This document shows positions 42,258 to 58,566 of a stretch of 64,000 bases of DNA, piece by piece. This DNA is from Eledone cirrhosa (lineage: Eukaryota). Where the stretch lies: assembly GCA_964016885.1 (NCBI GenBank), contig OZ024745.1, positions 72,416,001-72,480,000 on the forward strand, in the 5' to 3' direction. The stretch's first letter is position 1. The number at the start of each line of letters is the position of its first letter. Both the position numbers and the translations under genes were made by a program. A model generated the notes under the pieces. It had not been told where the DNA came from. It searched no databases and saw only the letters and a program-made list of their open reading frames with translations.

Positions 42258-42900
42258 TATATGAAAAAAGTTTGTCCTTCATCAGTGATCTTCCAACTAT
42301 CATAGGCATTTCATCGCTTTAAAGACCATATACCTCCGATTGGTGCGAGCAACGGCTAAAAAAAGTCGTTGGGACACGTAAATAAAGGGGACGCGAGGGT
42401 AAACAAACAAAATGGTGAAGCAACAGAAAGTAAGGAAGAAGGACACAAGTCCCTGATTTCTGTGAATTTAAGTTCGGTGAAATTGTGAACGAGAGAATAA
42501 AGACCATCAAACCTGGTTGAAATGTGAGCAAGGAAGGAATTTCGCACAGGTCTAACGGGAGGAAGAAGGGGTCTGGTCTGCGAATTCGGTAAACATAAGT
42601 TCTGTGAAATCGTAGACGAGAGAGAAAAAATTCCGACCAGCTTGGCCGAGAATGTGAGAGAAAAGAATTACTCATAGGTCAAACGGGAAGAAAGAAGAGG
42701 GGGAGAGGTAGTGACAGAGAATGAGTGAGTGAAGGGTGAGGAAGAGGCTAACAGAGAGAGAGACTGCTAGAAAGGGTAAAGATACATAGAACGAAAAAGA
42801 CGGTGTAGCAGCAGAGGAAAAAATATGTGTAAATATGATAATAAGGGCGCTGCGGAGTTGCAAATGGGTTACATATGAAAAAAGTTTGTCCTTCATCATT
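42258..42900 (-). mobile_element. Family I element, second copy
   Basis: Reverse-complement homologue of 32281-32995. Terminal repeat atatgaaaaaagtttgtccttcatca at 42258 and ~42873. Flanked by (TA)n. Confidence 0.78.
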
Positions 42901-43185
42901 ATATATATATATATTATATATATATGTTATGGAATACTGTTAGCTCACTACAACAATTTCTATACCTTTCATTTATATATATATATTATATATATATATT
43001 ATATATATATATATAATATATATATATATATTATATATATATATTATATATATATATTATATATATATATATTATATATATATATATATATATATTATTT
43101 ATATATATATATTATATATATATATTATATATATATATATAATATATATATATATAATATATATATATATATATAATATATATAT

Positions 43186-44694
43186 AGACCCACACTCCCA
43201 CCGGCCTGAACTCCCCACCCTTATTCCACCCTTATTCCTTTAGCGTTCGACCGCCCCCCTCCCCCCACACTTATCCCCCACTAACACCACTAACACACCC
43301 CTCCTTTTCACCGCCCACCCCACACTAACAATACTAACACCTCCACTCCACCCCTCATCTGACCACCCTTCCCCAACTAACATACTAACATCCCTCCCCT
43401 CCCTCCCCTCTTCTCCTCCCCCCTCCTTATCACACGCACACACGCACCCACTTACACCACCCACCCCACACGCAACTAACATCACTAACCTCCCCAACCC
43501 CACGCACACGTACCCACACACCCTCGTACACCACCAACTCTACACACCCTACCACCACTAACCCCCACTCACACCTGCATTTCACCCCTCCTCACCGCCC
43601 GTATACTAACACCCACTAACACCTCTTCACCAAACTACACACACACCAGTACACCACACTCCCTCCATAGAACCACACACACCCTTCTCTCCCCGCTCCA
43701 CCCACACCCCCGCTCCACACTCACTCATCCCACTAACACCCCTACTAATACACACACACACACACACCCTCCTCACTCCAACTCTCACACCTACCCATCC
43801 TCGCCTCCCTATCATTCCACCGACTGCTGCTATGCCCTTCTGACCACAGCACTCCCACTGCTGACCACTTCTTGTTGCGTGCGCACCCCACATCTCTCCT
43901 CTTCCGACCACCGCTTCATGGATTACCCACACGCAGAAATTGACTTATAACCAAATCTCCAAACATCCTTGGAACTTACCAACTTTTCACCATCCTCTTA
44001 CATCATCACCTATATAACTCACCCACACACACACCCCCCAACATTTTTTTCTCCACACGCCACCCACACCCACAACACGCTTAAACCCCACACACACGTG
44101 CTTCCCACCACATATTTACACCCTCAGCCTCCTGATTCCTCTCCCCCACCCCCTATCCACACACGCACAGACACTCCGACCCACATAAACACCCCCACAC
44201 ACACCTCTTCCTGAACATGCAACACCGTTCTTCCCCCAACCCTCACTTTCACATACACACACACACACACACACACCACCTTCAGCCCTCCCCGCTCGGA
44301 CACCCCGTCTCCCTCTCCCCACTCCACCCACCACCACCCCTACTCACCCCACACCCTTCCACCACCTGTTTACCCCCCTTTTAATTTCAGTTTATTTTGA
44401 TCATGCCTTTATTTTTAAATTTTCTCATTCCTTGTATTTTGATCATGCTTTATTTTTATTTTTTTAATATTTTTGTCTTTATTTGTTAATTTTTCATTCG
44501 CACCGTTTCCTTTCGCTATATGTCCCTCCACCACTCCCCTACACACCTTTTGAACTCTGTTCCCACACACTTCTCACCTGAGGAAGGGCTTATGCCCGAA
44601 ACGTCGTCCCCCACCTACCCCCCACTCTCCTGAGCGTGAATTTAATAAACATTTATTGTACTGCCTCTCTGTTCTGTCCCTGTTCAATTTTTTC

Positions 44695-44700
<6 letters not shown>
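43186..44700 (+). mobile_element. C/A-rich probable PLE 3' UTR ending in an HHR core
   Basis: CTGAGGA-agggc-ttat-gccc-GAAA-cgtc at 44578-44605, then AATAAA and (TA)n. The last ~80 nt match 52412-52492. Confidence 0.6.
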
Positions 44701-44744
<44 letters not shown>

Positions 44745-44789
44745 TATATATATAAAATATATACATATATATAATATATGTATATAAAC

Positions 44790-45158
44790 AATATTCAATG
44801 ATTATGTCAAAGAATGAGTTTTACAGTAGATTGGAAGCACTCAACGTAAAATAATTTTCTGGAGTTATTAATATTAAAATATAAGTATTAATAAAATAGA
44901 TGTTCTTTTGATCAATTACATTTTATTATACATATTCAGATGTACAACAGTACGTCCTCATCAAACAAAATATAATGGTTAAGATTTAATCAAGGTAGTC
45001 TTACCACCTTGATTAAATCTTAACCATTTAACATCTCAGAGTATGTCATGTATCATTATATTTTGTCTGATGAGGACGTACTGTTGTACATCCGAAATAT
45101 GTATAATAACATGTAATTGATCAAAAGAACATCTATTTTATTAATACTTATATTTTAA
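44790..45158. mobile_element. Fold-back mini-PLE, family C, HHR at 45060-45112 (+)
   Basis: Homologous to 22610-23075 with the long arm on the left. Folds at caaggt-agtcttacc-accttg. Confidence 0.83.
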
Positions 45159-45186
45159 TATATATATATATATTATATATATATAT

Positions 45187-45542
45187 AGGAGAAAGTATGA
45201 CCCCGACGGCAGAGCTCAAACCGTTTCGACGGGTATTTCTCCTATTACCCACTCTACTACCCTAAATATTGAGTACTCTGGTGCGTTATGGCCCATCTGG
45301 TTCCTTACCACAACTCCTCCGTTATATATATATATATAGAAAAATGTTTATGGTAACAAATAGCCCTTTTATTACCATACTAAAAATTCTAATTTAGTCC
45401 AGAAATAGCCGTCGAAACGGCTCGAGCTCTGCCGTCGGGGTTAAACATTTTCCTGTTACCCACTCTACTACCCTAAGTAGTCAGTACTTTGGTGCGTTAT
45501 GGATACCTCAGGTCCATCTGATTCCTTACCACACTATTTTAG

Positions 45543-45545
<3 letters not shown>
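45187..45545 (+). mobile_element. Two adjacent family A pseudo-LTR pieces
   Basis: gtcGAAAcggctcgagctctgccGTCgggg and tail tacccactctactacccta...ggtgcgttatgg...ttccttaccaca; pieces separated by (TA)n. Confidence 0.75.
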
Positions 45546-45588
<43 letters not shown>

Positions 45589-45704
45589 AAGAGAGTTGAT
45601 GGACATGAGATTAAGTACTCAATACTGAAGTTGTGTATAATTATTTATTTGATATGACTTAGCGGCAAGCCTTGTTACTCCGGAGTTCATCACTTAGCCA
45701 TATA

Positions 45705-45779
45705 CAAGGTGTCCCCCAAAATGGATACACATTCAAGTTATCTGCTGTTAAAGTGTGTATACATTTTTGGGGACATCTT

Positions 45780-45780
<1 letters not shown>
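45705..45780. mobile_element. Tiny Tc1/mariner-type MITE
   Basis: TIRs caaggtgtcccccaaaatggatacac / gtgtatacatttttggggacatcttg, preceded by TA. Confidence 0.65.
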
Positions 45781-45820
<40 letters not shown>

Positions 45821-46759
45821 GGTGAACATGTTGCACTCCCTGTCACAATGAATCTTATGGAGAAATACCTTAAGAGAACCCGTGTCTTGGGAAAGCTCAG
45901 ACACTTAATTTCACGAGCAAGCTGTCTCGTTGGTCTGAAAAGCTGGGTCTCTCATCGTCGAAACCGACGGGAATCCATTCTATTCTGTAGGTGTTCGTGC
46001 GATGTTCAAGATATCTATATATTCAAAACAAAGGATGCACAGAGCAGAGAGGGACAGTCACATTTCCTCAGATAACTTATATATATATATATATGAAAAA
46101 ATGGGGAGAAGAATACTGCAGGTTGCACATGGATAACATGTTATAAAATGAGTCCCTCATCAGTGATTTGCCAACGATCATAGATATTTCATATATATAT
46201 ATATATATATTGTGTGTGTGTGTTGGTTTGAAATGTAGAATGCTACTCTGTTCCATTGGCTTTATTTTAAATAGGTAACAATGACAGTTATCAAGATGTT
46301 TCTAAGCTAAATTACAAGAAAGCAGTCCCACTTAATAAATTGGTGACACCTAAAACAATGTAAAACATTCGATTGTCGTCACTTTCATCAATGGTGCACT
46401 TTTACCGAGACACAATTACCGTGACACTTTAACCGTGACAATTCCATCTAGAGAGTTGTAGTTGATTAACTATTACCTCCTTGACAATTGGTGCGTTTAG
46501 AAACAACTACTTAAGCAGAAAGAAAGTTCATTGTATAAGCAGTGAAGTTTTGAGAGAAAACCAGTCAATAATATATAGGGAGACATAAACTCTAACAAAC
46601 ATTTATCACTTCTGTAAAACAATTTTAATGCTGTTCAACATAGTTATACTTCTGATATTCCTTCATTTGTAGGAGATAAATTCACATTTAATTTACAATA
46701 ACTTTGGTAACGTTAAGACGAAACCCATTAGATACACACACGCGCGTTTACAAAAACAC

Positions 46760-46789
<30 letters not shown>

Positions 46790-46790
<1 letters not shown>

Positions 46791-47150
46791 ACCAAAAGTT
46801 AAACAAGGTCCATTGATTAATCAATGAATATAGTTTTACAATAGATTAGAAGCACTCAACAGTTTTTTCCTGAGTTACTAATATTAATTCAAAATATTAA
46901 TAAATGTAGATACTCACGTAATCAAAATATATTTTATTATATATATTTCGGAGGTACTGTGCTGTTTTTTCATTACGTCCTCATCAGATAAAATATATAA
47001 ATTGATGTATGACATACCTCAACTATGCTGATGGTCCAATTCCAGTCTTGGCAGTGATTAATTACAACAAAAGATTTGTTGTAATTAATCACTGCCAAGA
47101 CTGGAATTAAACCATCAGCACAGTTGAGGTATGTCATACATCAATTTATA
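46790..47150. mobile_element. Fold-back mini-PLE, family C relative, HHR at 46930-46995 (-)
   Basis: Reverse complement reads tattttat-CTGATGA-ggacgta..tacctcc-GAAA-tatata-TA-ataaaata. 46995-47070 is inverted at 47075-47150. Confidence 0.8.
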
Positions 47151-47229
47151 TATATATATATATATTCTATATATTCTATATGTATATCTATATATATTTA
47201 GATATGTATATATATATATATATGTATAA

Positions 47230-47321
<92 letters not shown>

Positions 47322-47410
47322 TTATGTATATATTTATGTATATATATGTATATATATATATGTATATATATATGTATATATATATATGTATATATATATA
47401 TATTTATATG

Positions 47411-47526
<116 letters not shown>

Positions 47527-47528
47527 TG

Positions 47529-48098
<570 letters not shown>

Positions 48099-48153
48099 AT
48101 ATATATATAACAATATATATATAACAATATATATATATATGTATATATATATG

Positions 48154-48188
<35 letters not shown>

Positions 48189-48243
48189 GTATATGTATGT
48201 ATATGTATATATATATATATGTATATATTTATGTATATATATG

Positions 48244-48274
<31 letters not shown>

Positions 48275-48295
48275 GTATATATATGTATATATGTA

Positions 48296-48414
<119 letters not shown>

Positions 48415-48822
48415 AGAGATGACGCCTTAGCCTTTGTTACGGCAGAATTCTAGGAGAAGGAAAACTCTGATATAACACCTGCAACCCTGGTGGTATCCAA
48501 TGGTGTTGACTTGTTCTTCTTTTTGGTAAATATCATGTTGGTTAAGAGAGTGGGACTGGCTTTGTGCAGTGCCCTTGCTCACTATAAAAGCTTCACGGCG
48601 CAGGCATTGCTTTATATCTGGAGATCTCTCTGCACTAGCTAGTCGTCACATGATACCATGGGCCCAGCACTATGTGTCAATAATTGTCACAAGTGTAGTG
48701 TTTGTACCAGAGTTTTCTAGTCGCTGGCTGGACTAAAAAGTCACACTTGTTCAGCGCATCGATAGGGGTTCTCCTACATGGATATAAAGTAGTGGCCGTA
48801 CTCGAAAACGTGTTGGCAGCCA

Positions 48823-48926
<104 letters not shown>

Positions 48927-48963
48927 CTATATATATATATGTATATATATATCTATCTGTATA

Positions 48964-48994
<31 letters not shown>

Positions 48995-49008
48995 GATATA
49001 TATATATG

Positions 49009-49039
<31 letters not shown>

Positions 49040-49052
49040 GTATATATATATG

Positions 49053-49087
<35 letters not shown>

Positions 49088-49112
49088 GTCTATATATATG
49101 TATATATATATG

Positions 49113-49143
<31 letters not shown>

Positions 49144-49145
49144 GT

Positions 49146-51657
49146 ATACTCTTTTACTCTTTTACCTGTTTCAGCCATCCGGATGAGGCCATGCTGGGGC
49201 ACCGCCCTTGTTGCTACACATTTTAACTCCAGCCTGTATAGGTTGGCCACTGGTGTAGGAGGGAGTTTGTTGCTGCTGCCCTTAGGTTTCCCTCGTGTCT
49301 TTCTGTAGGCTCATCCGGGATACTGGATAGCAACTTATTGAGATGTTTCTTGAAGACATCCACCTCCACGTCATGCAAATCTCTCAGATCCCTCGGCAGC
49401 TTGTTGAAGAGTTGAGGGCCCTTGAATCCCAGGCTATTGCAAAACCTGCTCCTTATTCTTGATGTGGAAGACGGGACCTTTGGCACCACACAGTGACGTC
49501 CTGTTCGACGGTTGGTCCAGCTCCCAATGCCAAAGTTTGGTGCTAGTCCCTCCAGGATTTTCCACATGTAGATCACTGCGTATCTCTCCCGTCTTCGTTC
49601 CAAGGAGTAGAGGTTCAGTTCCTTTAGCCTCTCCCAGTAGCTTGTCTCCTTCATCGTGGCAATCCTCTTGGTGTAGCTTCGCTGGATTGCCTCAAGCTCC
49701 GTGGTTAGTTTGACACTATGGGGTGACCACAACTGGGAGCAGTAGTCCAGGCGGCTTAGGACAAATGTCCTCCATATTGTCAACATGGTGTCTCGGTCTC
49801 TTGTCCGGAAAGTCCTCAAGATCCAGCCAGCGAGTCGTCTGCACATTGTCGCCACTTTCATGATGTGTAAGGAAAAAGGTGCATCATCGCTCATGTCTAT
49901 GCCCAGGTCTCGTATCGATTTTGACACGGGGATATCGGTCCCTCCTGGTCCTGTGTAGTTGTGTTGTACTATATTTTTGTTTGCAGGTTTGTTTGGAGGT
50001 TTGTATCGTAGGGCTTGGAATTTGCCAGCATTAAACTGCATGTTGTTTTCTTCCGCCCATTTGAATATGGCATCCAGATCTTGTTGTAAAAGGGCAGCGT
50101 CAGCCGGGTTTTTGATTGCCTGTGCTATCTTAGTGTCATCAGCATAGCTAGTGAGGGATGTATGTACTACAGAGGGCATGTCAGAGAGCCACCAAAAACT
50201 GTAGGGGTCCCAGGACTGTCCCCTGGGGCACCCCACTTGTTATTGGTGTTTCCTTTGAGAGGGCCCCATTTGCTGCGACTGCCTGGCTTCTGTCCCTTAG
50301 GAAGCCATGCAGCCACTCACCTACTTTTCCAGTTATGCCGAGTCCGTGTAGTTTGTGACATATCATTCCGTGGTCGACCTTGTCAAAGGCCTTCGCAAAG
50401 TCAAGATATATCACGTCCACATGTGAGCTGTCTAGTAGTTGTCTCAGTACCCAGTCGTAGTGATGTAGCAGCTGTGTAAGGCAGCTTCTTCCTGGGCGGA
50501 AGCCATGTTGCGTGTTAGTCAGGCGGTCATTTTCTTCGAGGAAAGTCATCAGTTTCTTTCTGATGACTCGCTCCATGACCTTACTGATATGTGACATCAG
50601 GGAGACTGGCCTATTGTTCTTGGCCTCCGCTTTGCTACCCCCTTTATGGATAGGGCTTATTGTGCCTTCTTTCAGCTCCCTGGGTAGTACACCGCTAGAC
50701 AAGGAGCTTCTGAAGGGCATCTTCAGTGGAGTTGCTAAGGCTCGCTTACATGTTTTTAAGAGAACTGCTGGGAATCCATCAGGTCCAGCAGCTGAGTCTG
50801 TTCTAATTTCATTTTGGCGTACACCACATCCTCCTCCGTTATGTCTATGTGGTTGATGGTCGCCATTTCTTCATGTAGTGTTGTGGCATCAAAGAACTCC
50901 TCTGGCTTCGTGATTTGCATGTGCCTCAGTGGACATGTGAACACCTCTTTTGTACTGTTCGTTCAGTATTTCATATATCTCTTGTGGGTTTTCGGTTAAT
51001 GAACCGTCCGTATGGAAGAGTGGCCCAATCTTGCAGTGTACCGAGGCAGTTTCTTTTGCAAATTTAAAGAAGGCCTTAGGGTTTGTTTTAATGTTTTCTA
51101 TGGCCCTGTTCTCTTTCTTTGCCCTCTCGTTTTCATGGGAAAGTTTGAGTGCAATCCCGGTGCCAAGTAGTGCACGTTTTAAATAGGATTCCTTCTTGTT
51201 TTTGTTTTGTTGACTATTCAACTGGTTTGAGAGTTTGGTTCTACGTCTCATAAGGATTTTCCTATCTCTGGGAACGAGATTTTTGTGTCTATTTGTCTTT
51301 TTCTCATATCGTGTGTATCGTTGTCATGAAGTGTTGAAATTGTGTCTTAGTGTCTTGTGTGGCGGTGTTTTCACTCCATGTATGCTTCCGGATTTCTCTC
51401 TTAATCTTTTTCCAGTTAGCCTTGTAGAAGTTAAGGCTGTATAATATCCCGGAGCTTCTTGGTGGTTTTGTCTCTGTTGGTTCTCTCGGACCACATATCA
51501 TTAGCTCTACTAAGTTATGATCCGAGAGAATTGTTGGTGTCACCTTTACATTGTGGATGAGCACTTCGTTGTTTGTAAAACAGAGGTCCAGGACATTTTC
51601 GCCTCTTGTTGGGAGGAGTATTGCTTGCTCCATGAACAGCCTGTGTGTGAGGGCCAG
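49146..51657 (-). mobile_element. CR1-type LINE, 5'-truncated, decayed
   Basis: APE end [14 protein letters not shown]...SDHNLV. RT motifs RPVSLMSHISKVMER, QHGFRPGRSC, LDFAKAFDKVDH, GVPQGTVLGP, YADDTK, RLDYCSQLWSP, SLERRR. 3' tail (taaaagag)2. Flanked by TA-rich tracts. Confidence 0.92.
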
Positions 51658-51731
51658 TATGTATATATATATGTATACATATATATATGTATGTATATAT
51701 ATATATATGTATATATATATATGTAATATAT

Positions 51732-51796
<65 letters not shown>

Positions 51797-52544
51797 ATGT
51801 ATATATATATATAATGTGTATATATATATAATGTGTATATATATATAATGTATATATATATATATATATATATAAGTGTATATATATATGTGTATATATA
51901 TATGTATATATATATATGTATATATATATATGTGTGTATATATATATATGTATATATATATAGTTATGTATATATATATATAGTTATATATATATATATA
52001 TATATATATAAATGAAAGTATAGAAATTATTGTGAGCGTGAAGCCAACAGTGTTTCTACGGGGTCGATAAAATAAAGTACCAGTAATGAACTGGGTAATT
52101 TGCTGGCCTTGTGCCTAAAGTAGAAACAATAAGATATAAGTGACTATAATGTCAAAATGGAAAAATAATTAACGTAACACGTGGGAAAATAATTCAAACT
52201 CAATTAAAAAAAAAATCAAGACATAGATTTATCCACAGAATTTTGTGAAATCCAGGGAAAAATCAATAGAGCCTTAACTCTTAATAAAATAAAGTTTAAA
52301 TACTCATCCTTCAATTTGGAAAAACTACGCGAAAAGCGCGGCGTCGCGTAACCTAACGGGTGGGTATGACGGTGCAAACTTGGACGCCGACCGGCGACGG
52401 CGCAAACCACCACCCCACTCTCAAGAGCGTGAAACTAATAAACCTTTGTTCGTACTGCCTCTCTGTTTTGTTCCCGTTCCATTTTTCATTATATATATAT
52501 AGTTATATATGTATATATAACTATATATATATATATATATATAT

Positions 52545-53270
52545 ATACAAATAACAACAAAGAGCGCTTAGAACATAGGTATATCTTTAATTGCTAACAG
52601 TGTTTCGTCCACACTAGAAGTGGGACTCTTCAGAGCATAAAGAGTAAATACATAGTATACAAGCATTGACAAAGCCAAAAGAGAAGAATATATGTGGGGA
52701 TACCATAAGTTGGGAGGAGTTTAAAGAGTAAAGTAAAAGGAGTAAAATAAAAGGAGTAAAATAAGAAGAGTAAAATAAAAATATAGGATTAAGAATAAAA
52801 AAACAATAAGATTAAGAATAAAAATAAAAATAAAAATAATAATAATAATAAAAAAAAAAATAAATAAATAAAATAAAAAATAATGAAAAATAAAAAATAA
52901 AAAATAAAAAATAAATAAAAAATAAAAATATTTTTATTCTTAATCCTATATTTTTATTTTACTCTGCTTATTTTACTCCTTTTATTTTACTCCTTTTACT
53001 TTACTCTTTAAACTCCTCCCAACTTATGGTATCCCCACATATATATTTCTGTTTTGGCTTTGTCAATGCTTGTATACTATGTATTTACTCTTTATGCTCT
53101 GAAGAGTCCCACTTCTAGTGTGGACGAAACACTGTTAGCAATTAAAGATATACCTATGTTCTAAGCGCTCTTTGTTGCTATTTGTATTACAGCTCTGTCC
53201 TCTGACATTGAGCTAACCATATACTGCCTATCTGATAAGTGGAGTGTTACACACTCCCAATTCTCTCCCT

Positions 53271-53272
<2 letters not shown>
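52545..53272. mobile_element. Fold-back mini-PLE, family G, HHRs at 52592-52637 (-) and 53095-53140 (+)
   Basis: tgct-CTGAAGA-gtcccac-ttcta-gtgtggac-GAAA-cactg-TT-agca. Arms ~52545-52800 and ~52930-53187 with an A-rich loop. Confidence 0.88.
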
Positions 53273-53327
<55 letters not shown>

Positions 53328-53345
53328 TATATATATATATATATA

Positions 53346-53385
<40 letters not shown>

Positions 53386-53452
53386 TATATGTATATATAT
53401 ATATATATAGTTATATATGTATATATTTATATATAGTTATATATGTATATAT

Positions 53453-53738
53453 ATTGTTATACTTTGGGAGGGTCATGTTGCCAATAAGAAACACACGCAC
53501 CAGTTGCTTTCACTTCAATTTATTATAATAAATTTATAATAAATTTATAAATTTATAAATTTCTGGTTGGTTGGTTGGTTCCACAACCAGATAGTTCTTT
53601 CGTCACACACTCTGTGAAGTGAAAGCAACTGGTGCGTGTGTTTCTTATTGGCAACATGACCCTCCCAAAGTATAACAATATCGGTTTCAACACACGATTT
53701 CAGATAAAGAATCTTGCTAAACAAATTCAGAAACGAAA
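53453..53738. mobile_element. Fold-back mini-PLE, family F
   Basis: attgttatactttgggagggtcatg...cacttca is inverted at ~53614-53680. Long arm matches the reverse complement of 47671-47790. Confidence 0.82.
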
Positions 53739-53768
53739 TATGTATATATATATATATATAGTTATATA

Positions 53769-53822
<54 letters not shown>

Positions 53823-53886
53823 TATATGTGTATATATATATATATATAGTTATATATGTGTATATATATATATATATATATTGTTA

Positions 53887-53999
<113 letters not shown>

Positions 54000-54052
54000 T
54001 TATATATATATATATATATATATACTTATATATATATATATATATATATATA

Positions 54053-54155
<103 letters not shown>

Positions 54156-54471
54156 TTTATGTGAGCGGACAGTAAATGACTTATGGTGCCGCAGAAACCC
54201 AAATACTAGATTTTACCATCTCTCCAGGGTTCCGGGTAAATTTTCAACCATATATATTTTTATATATTTTTATATTTTTATATCTGCTTGACCCGAATTA
54301 GTTGATCGTTTTTTCGCTGTGCGGATGATTAATTTAACCACCATCTCAGTGTGTTTGGCCTTTAATGTAAGTTGTAGCTCTAATTCATATGAATTATCGA
54401 GCGCTTGCCACACAACTCGAAAGTGTTTTTCCTTACTTCCTGAGCTGAAATTCGATTCTCGCTAATTTTTA

Positions 54472-54543
<72 letters not shown>

Positions 54544-54654
54544 TATACATATATATACATATATATATACATATATATATACATATATATATACATATAT
54601 ATATACATATATATATACATATATATATACATATATATATACATATATATATAC

Positions 54655-54711
<57 letters not shown>

Positions 54712-54718
54712 TATATAC

Positions 54719-55745
<1,027 letters not shown>

Positions 55746-56699
55746 TGTATATATATATATAAGTGTATATATATATAAGTGTATATATATATATAAGCCT
55801 GGCTTAGGGAATTCACAATCGTGAGGTTGTGAGTTCGATTCCCGCACTGGGCGATGCGTTATGTGTTTGAGCAAGGCACTTCACAGACTCATAAAATAAG
55901 GATGCCATTATTTTAACAACGTATTGAGTACTTTGTTTAATTGTGGTCACCTCCCGACACCCATCGGGAACCCATCCATAATTATATATATATGTCAGAG
56001 TGTGTTTGTGTGTTTATAGGTGGGTTCCCCATAGGTGTCGGGAAGTGACCACAGTTAAACAAGTACTCAATACGTTGGTAAAATAAAGGTATCTTTATTT
56101 GATACGAATTTGTGATAAAAATACATATCGATATATATAGTTAATAAAGAAAACAAAAACATACATAAATCCCCAAATACACAGTTATATTATTTCTAGT
56201 TACAATTGTATTAACAGGGACTACTGCCATCTACCTTGGAAATGCCTATCAAGCAATATTGTTCATAAATGTAAGGTTGATACATCCACCACTATTAAGA
56301 TTGACATAGGGTTAACATCCAATTGATTGAAGCAGCTTTTATACATGTACTCTCATTCATTTTGAAATCCTTTAAGAAGGAATGTGATTTCACTTTCGGC
56401 CTATATCTGGAGTTTAACAGACAATAACATTCGATATAGGTCACACTGGGTAATCCTAACTAAAGCTAGCTTCTATAATTGCAATAAAAAAAACCCTGTG
56501 ATCTTTATTCTGGAAATCATTTACGCCAACGAATGTATTTTACACGAACAATCTGAGGGCATTTCGTCTTGTGAACATAAACTGTATAAAACATTATTAT
56601 ATTGTAGTCCAGCGTGGTATCCTAACGGATAGTATGGACAATATACAGATGATATACGTCATGATGTAGTAGTTAAGAACAATCAAACTTTATACTCAG

Positions 56700-56751
<52 letters not shown>

Positions 56752-56754
<3 letters not shown>

Positions 56755-57857
56755 ACTGCAGCGTACACATCCGCACCAGAGCTGACGGCGGGCTCTTCAA
56801 CATTGCCCGTCTCCGTGCCAAGACCTAGGTGACCGAGGTTCTAATTCGTGAGATGCTCTATGCTGATGAAGCAGCCCTGACGTCGCACTCAGAAGAGGAC
56901 CTACAGCTGCTTCTCAGTCGCCTCACCCACGCCTGCAACGAGTTCGGACTGACCATCAGTCTAAAGAAGACAAATGTCATGGCGCAGGGCACAGATCACC
57001 CTCCAGCCATCATCATTGACGGGCACGCACTGGAAGCTTTCAACAAGTTTACCTACCTCGGGTCCACCATCTCAGATTCGCTTACCCTAGAAGCGGATGT
57101 GAACAGCAGGATCGCCAAGGCTGCAGCAGTTATGGTCAAACTGAGTCAGAGAATCTGGAACAACCCCAGCCTCACGGAGAAGACGAAGCTGCGCGTCTAC
57201 CGGGCCTGTGTGCTCAGCACTCTGCTCTACAGCAGTGAGGCTTGGACCACCTACGCGAAGCTGGAGAAGAAACTCGACAGCTTCCACCTGAGATGTCTGC
57301 GACGCATTCTGCACATACGGTGGCAGGACAGGGTTCCCAACACAGAGGTCCTGAAGCGAGCAGCCCGGATGAACAGCATGTTCACGATTCTCAGAGAAAG
57401 ACGCTAGCGCTGGCTCGGCCATGTCAAACGAATGGATCCTGGCCTCATCCCCAAGGACCTCCTGTACGGCGAACTGGCAGAGGGTGCGCGAACGGCCGGA
57501 CGCCCGCGACTCCGCTTCAGGGATGTTTGCAAGAAGGAACTAAAGCTGTGTGGCATCAACGTTGCCTTGTGGGAGACCCTCGCTGAGGACCGCCCATACT
57601 GGCACTCCAATGTTAGGAGTGATGTGCGGGCAGCCGAAGATGCGAGAAATTCGGCTCTTGCTGACAGGAGGTCCAGGAGGATCGACAAGGAATCCAAGCC
57701 TCAGCAACGAACAGCATATATTTGCACTAAGTGCACCAGGGACTTCTACTCACGGGTTGGGTTGTTCAGCCACTCACGCAACTGCAACCGTTGAGACCCA
57801 CGCGGAGCTGCTCCATCGTCTTGCGAAGACCGACGGATCCCGACGATGCGACGACGA
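56752..57857 (+). mobile_element. RTE-clade LINE, 5'-truncated, in (TA)n
   Basis: LYADEAAL, FGLTISLKKT, FTYLGS, LLYSSEAW, LYGEL..G.R..GRPRLRFRD, C-terminal CTKCTRDFYSRVGLFSHSRNC. (GAC)n-like tail. Confidence 0.93.
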
Positions 57858-57978
57858 TATATATATACATATTTGTGTGTGTGTATTTCATACTCTATAT
57901 TTTTGCTCACGCATGCATCAACACCTGTAAGCGCAAACTTATGTGTGAAAACGATTGTCAACCTTTAGTCCTTACTCC

Positions 57979-58018
<40 letters not shown>

Positions 58019-58387
58019 TTATATATATATATATGTAGAGAGAGTGAGAGAGATTGGAGAAGAGAAAGAAATTTCGGTGTCATTTCCCTTTGTTAGTTCT
58101 TTCCCTGTGTTTTATATGTTCTCTGTGCAGCTTTGCTACCTCTCTAGATATATATATCACACAATAAACAGAAAACACTGAACAGCAGTGACATAACGCC
58201 TCCCTCTATATGATTGTCTGCTTTTTAAAAATAAATATTTGTAATGCTAATTTAATCTTGTATACTTGTATACATTGATGCGATGTGTTTCGAATGATCC
58301 ACAAGGATTTGTGTCTAATAATTTACTCATCAAGTATACGTGTATATTAATCGAAAATTCTGAAAACGCATTTCTTTAATATAATTT

Positions 58388-58566
58388 TTGTGTCTACTTT
58401 AGGCACAAGGCCAGCAATTACCCAGTTCATTACTGGTACTTTATTTCATCGACCCCGTAAGGATGAAAGGCAAAGTCAACCTCGGCGGGATTTGAACTCA
58501 GATCGTAAAGGGACGTAACTATACTGGAAAGCATGGCGTCCGACCCTCTACTGATACTGCCAATCC
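58388..58566 (-). mobile_element. tRNA-derived SINE (major family)
   Basis: Full-length reverse-complement copy. Confidence 0.85.

Noticed and set aside
46395-46445. Three ~15-bp tandem units (cacttttaccgagac...)
   Set aside because: May be DNA-transposon subterminal repeats, but no partner TIR was found.
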